A stretch of DNA of 20,748 nucleotides, from the NCBI GenBank assembly GCA_051748045.1, contig JBNJGY010000038.1, forward strand, positions 1 to 20,748, read 5' to 3'. The notes under the pieces were generated by a model, which had not been told where the DNA came from, did not search any database, and saw only the letters and a list, made by a program, of their open reading frames with translations. Positions 18,696 to 20,748 of the stretch are shown in pieces (position 1 is the first letter of the stretch; each line of letters begins with the position of its first letter). This stretch comes from Thermotogota bacterium (GTDB lineage: Bacteria > Thermotogota > Thermotogae > Petrotogales > Petrotogaceae). The position numbers and the translations under genes were made by a program.

Positions 18696-19913
18696 ATGCG
18701 TATTGGTAAGTTTGCTAAAACATATGATTTATCTCAAGATACTGTTAGGTATTATATTTCAGAAGCTCTTTTAACTCCAGAAAAAATTAATGGACAGTAT
18801 GATTTTGATAAGAGATGTGAAAAGCAAATACGAGAAATATTAGAACTTAAAAAATTAAAATTTACCATCTCAGAAATTAAAAGATTAACCGCTTTGAGTC
18901 GATTTAAAAACCTTATAGATTCAAAAGATAATGAGTATATCAAAACTTTCTTATGTCAAAAAAAGAAAGATCTTTTAGAAGAAAAAGAATTAATTGACGA
19001 AGCACTTGAATTTATTTATAAAAAAGAAAAAGAACTAGAACAAAAAGATATACAAAAAAATCATAAAATAGGACTACCTTTAAATTTTTTATACATATTA
19101 AAATGTCCGGAATGTGATAATTCTTTGAAACTAAATACTACAAGTATAGACAACAATACTATTTATAATGGATCATTTGAGTGTGATTGTGGATATAAAG
19201 CTGAAATAATAAATGGAATAATTAAAATCCCTGGTTCTATTGAAGTAGAAATAGATGACCCAAACAAGAGTCTAGAAGAGAGATATACAGATGAAATTTC
19301 TCCAGAAATTTCTGGGATTTATGAAAAAACTATTAACTTTTTAAAAAAAGAAATTAGTAATGAAAACACTAACAAAAAACTATTTTTAGAGATAAAGATA
19401 GGTTTGGGATGGTTTTTCTCTTATTTTAAAGACTCTCTTGATGATGATTCTTTTTATATAATTAGCGATCCAATTATTAATAATCTTTTCTATTTTAAGA
19501 AAGAATTAGAAAAACAAAAAAAATATAACAATTTGATTTTCATTTCTGGTGATTTCTCAAAATTACCGATAAAAAATGAATCATTAGATTATGTTTTTGA
19601 CATTGCTGGTTCAACAAATTATTCTTTTTCTAGTGAATTAATGCCAATAGAGATGATGAAAGACAAGCTAAAAAATGGAGCAAAATGGTTTATGCAACAT
19701 ATAGTATTTGACGAAAGAAGCAAATCTTTAAAAAATTTTGAATCTAAAAATAGAAATTTTTACACATTAAAAGGATTTAAAGATGTATTAAATAGAAATG
19801 ATTTAGACTATAAAATAACAAACATTGGCAATTTGAACTATACAGGTGACTATGTAAAAGTACATACTGATGGAGATAAAATTAATTTTATCGGGTTGAA
19901 TATAAATAAATAA
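18696..19913 (+). CDS. MerR-family regulator with Zn-ribbon and class I methyltransferase-like fold (paralog 2)
   Basis: MerR HTH (MRIGKFAKTYDLSQDTVRYY...LLTP), coiled coil, C137/C140/C163/C165, LFLEIKIGLG, YIISD and GDFSKLPIKNESLDYV. Confidence 0.82.
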   Translation: MRIGKFAKTYDLSQDTVRYYISEALLTPEKINGQYDFDKRCEKQIREILELKKLKFTISEIKRLTALSRFKNLIDSKDNEYIKTFLCQKKKDLLEEKELIDEALEFIYKKEKELEQKDIQKNHKIGLPLNFLYILKCPECDNSLKLNTTSIDNNTIYNGSFECDCGYKAEIINGIIKIPGSIEVEIDDPNKSLEERYTDEISPEISGIYEKTINFLKKEISNENTNKKLFLEIKIGLGWFFSYFKDSLDDDSFYIISDPIINNLFYFKKELEKQKKYNNLIFISGDFSKLPIKNESLDYVFDIAGSTNYSFSSELMPIEMMKDKLKNGAKWFMQHIVFDERSKSLKNFESKNRNFYTLKGFKDVLNRNDLDYKITNIGNLNYTGDYVKVHTDGDKINFIGLNINK

Positions 19914-19938
19914 GGTAGCTTTGCTACCTTATTTATTT
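19904..19938. terminator. Bidirectional intrinsic terminator
   Basis: 16-bp perfect stem aaataaataaggtagc / gctaccttatttattt with a 3-nt loop; contains both convergent TAA stop codons. Confidence 0.85.
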
Positions 19939-20511
19939 TATATCTTTTATTTTAATTGTTTTTCCAGTTCTATCTTTTATATTTTTGTTTAAAAGAAAAA
20001 TATCGTCTTCATAATTATTAAATACTGCATAAACAGTATCTTTTTCAATATTTAGTTTTTTAAAATATCTTCTCCCATAAATTTTTTTCACAATTTCCAA
20101 AAATTCATTTACATTATCTGTCTCAGATGGATATGAATAATTGGCTATCTGCTCTTCTAACCAGTTAAGACTGTTTTTATCTGTGGCATATATAACTCTT
20201 TTTTCCATAGATTGTTTAACATTCTCTTTTGTAATAACGGTAGGAACAATTCTTTTAAAAGAATATTTTATCTTTCCCTCAAATTCATAAAAAAGAAGAA
20301 CATTATATAGCATTTCATTACCTAAATTGGCAAAATAAAGCGATTCTTTTGGTGGGGTGTTTTCGGTTTCACTATAAAAAACTCTGTCATAAAAAAACAA
20401 CGGGTATTTTGTTATCCCTTTTTTAAATTTGTTCAATATAATAATTAAAATCATCAAAATTAATATCAAGACAAAAATAATCGAGATAGTTAATATTAAA
20501 TCCAATTCCAT
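19933..20511 (-). CDS. Hypothetical protein with N-terminal membrane anchor
   Basis: 192-aa ORF with one N-terminal hydrophobic helix followed by KFKK. SD gagggggg; extended -10 TGATAAAAT on the minus strand at 20531-20539. No family recognised. Confidence 0.72.
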   Translation of the reverse strand: MELDLILTISIIFVLILILMILIIILNKFKKGITKYPLFFYDRVFYSETENTPPKESLYFANLGNEMLYNVLLFYEFEGKIKYSFKRIVPTVITKENVKQSMEKRVIYATDKNSLNWLEEQIANYSYPSETDNVNEFLEIVKKIYGRRYFKKLNIEKDTVYAVFNNYEDDIFLLNKNIKDRTGKTIKIKDIK

Positions 20512-20582
20512 TTCTATCCCCCCTCTATATATTTTATCATGATTTCTAACCCTTTTAAAATAAATTACTTTGTAATTTATCC

Positions 20583-20680
20583 CTGTTGGAAGATGGATGT
20601 TGGAGGTTGTAGGTTTTTGTAATGTTTTAGATGTTTAAAAATGTTTTTTCTTCCAACTTCCAACCATAAACCTTCAACAG
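20583..20680 (-). repeat. Dispersed heptamer-armed intergenic repeat, copy 2 (longer, inverted relative to copy 1)
   Basis: One arm reads ct-gttggaa-gatggat-gttggag-gttgtag on +; the other reads ct-gttgaag-gtttatg-gttggaa-gttggaa on -. They flank an AT-rich spacer with repeated atgttt. Confidence 0.9.
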
Positions 20681-20748
20681 AAATTATGTAATAATTTCTA
20701 CCATATGACCTACTTTGAGTTTTTATATTTCGGAATTTGTTTTTAATA

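Noticed and set aside
1471-18943. Antisense or overlapping ORFs in the track (1471-1722, 2117-2434, 3364-3558, 4452-4916, 4756-4947, 4909-5127, 5987-6232, 6665-6991, 7122-7400, 8314-8520, 10511-10696, 10738-10950, 12177-12404, 12918-13196, 13519-13755, 15855-16121, 18752-18943)
   Set aside because: They are shadows of well-supported genes, mostly with the F/S/I/L-rich composition typical of antisense frames in AT-rich DNA, and show no motifs or SD sites.
214-20680. Composite transposon, prophage or genomic island interpretation
   Set aside because: No transposase, integrase, phage gene or tRNA site, and no shared direct repeat seen outside the two copies. The cargo looks like ordinary chromosomal genes.

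Overview
Very AT-rich bacterial chromosomal window (roughly a quarter GC by eye). G-rich SD sites, Firmicutes-like housekeeping genes, MCPs and a TM-GAF-HD-GYP protein suggest Thermotogota/Petrotogales; this is inference only. There are 18 credible CDS. In order: a CssR/CssS-like two-component pair with a DUF2804 gene; a DUF4382 lipoprotein; DegV; MCP-1; an ABC-2 exporter pair; a GNAT - 3-methyladenine glycosylase - ferritin/VIT1 operon; MCP-2 with an HD-GYP gene; pdxK; a small membrane protein; an operon of two paralogous MerR-HTH / Trm112-like Zn-ribbon / SAM-methyltransferase-fold proteins sandwiching an M29 aminopeptidase; and a membrane-anchored hypothetical. I found no rRNA, tRNA, CRISPR, transposase or integrase. 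Three signals stand out. (1) The MerR-Zn ribbon-MTase x2 + aminopeptidase operon, whose paralogs differ at predicted SAM-binding residues. (2) A MerR-type promoter with a 19-bp spacer at 14691-14721 that would drive a ~70-nt two-hairpin terminated RNA upstream of pdxK. (3) A ~74-98 bp non-coding element with inverted heptamer (GTTGGAA) arms, present in opposite orientation near both ends of the window (67/74 aligned columns identical); the first copy can base-pair over the cssR SD and AUG.
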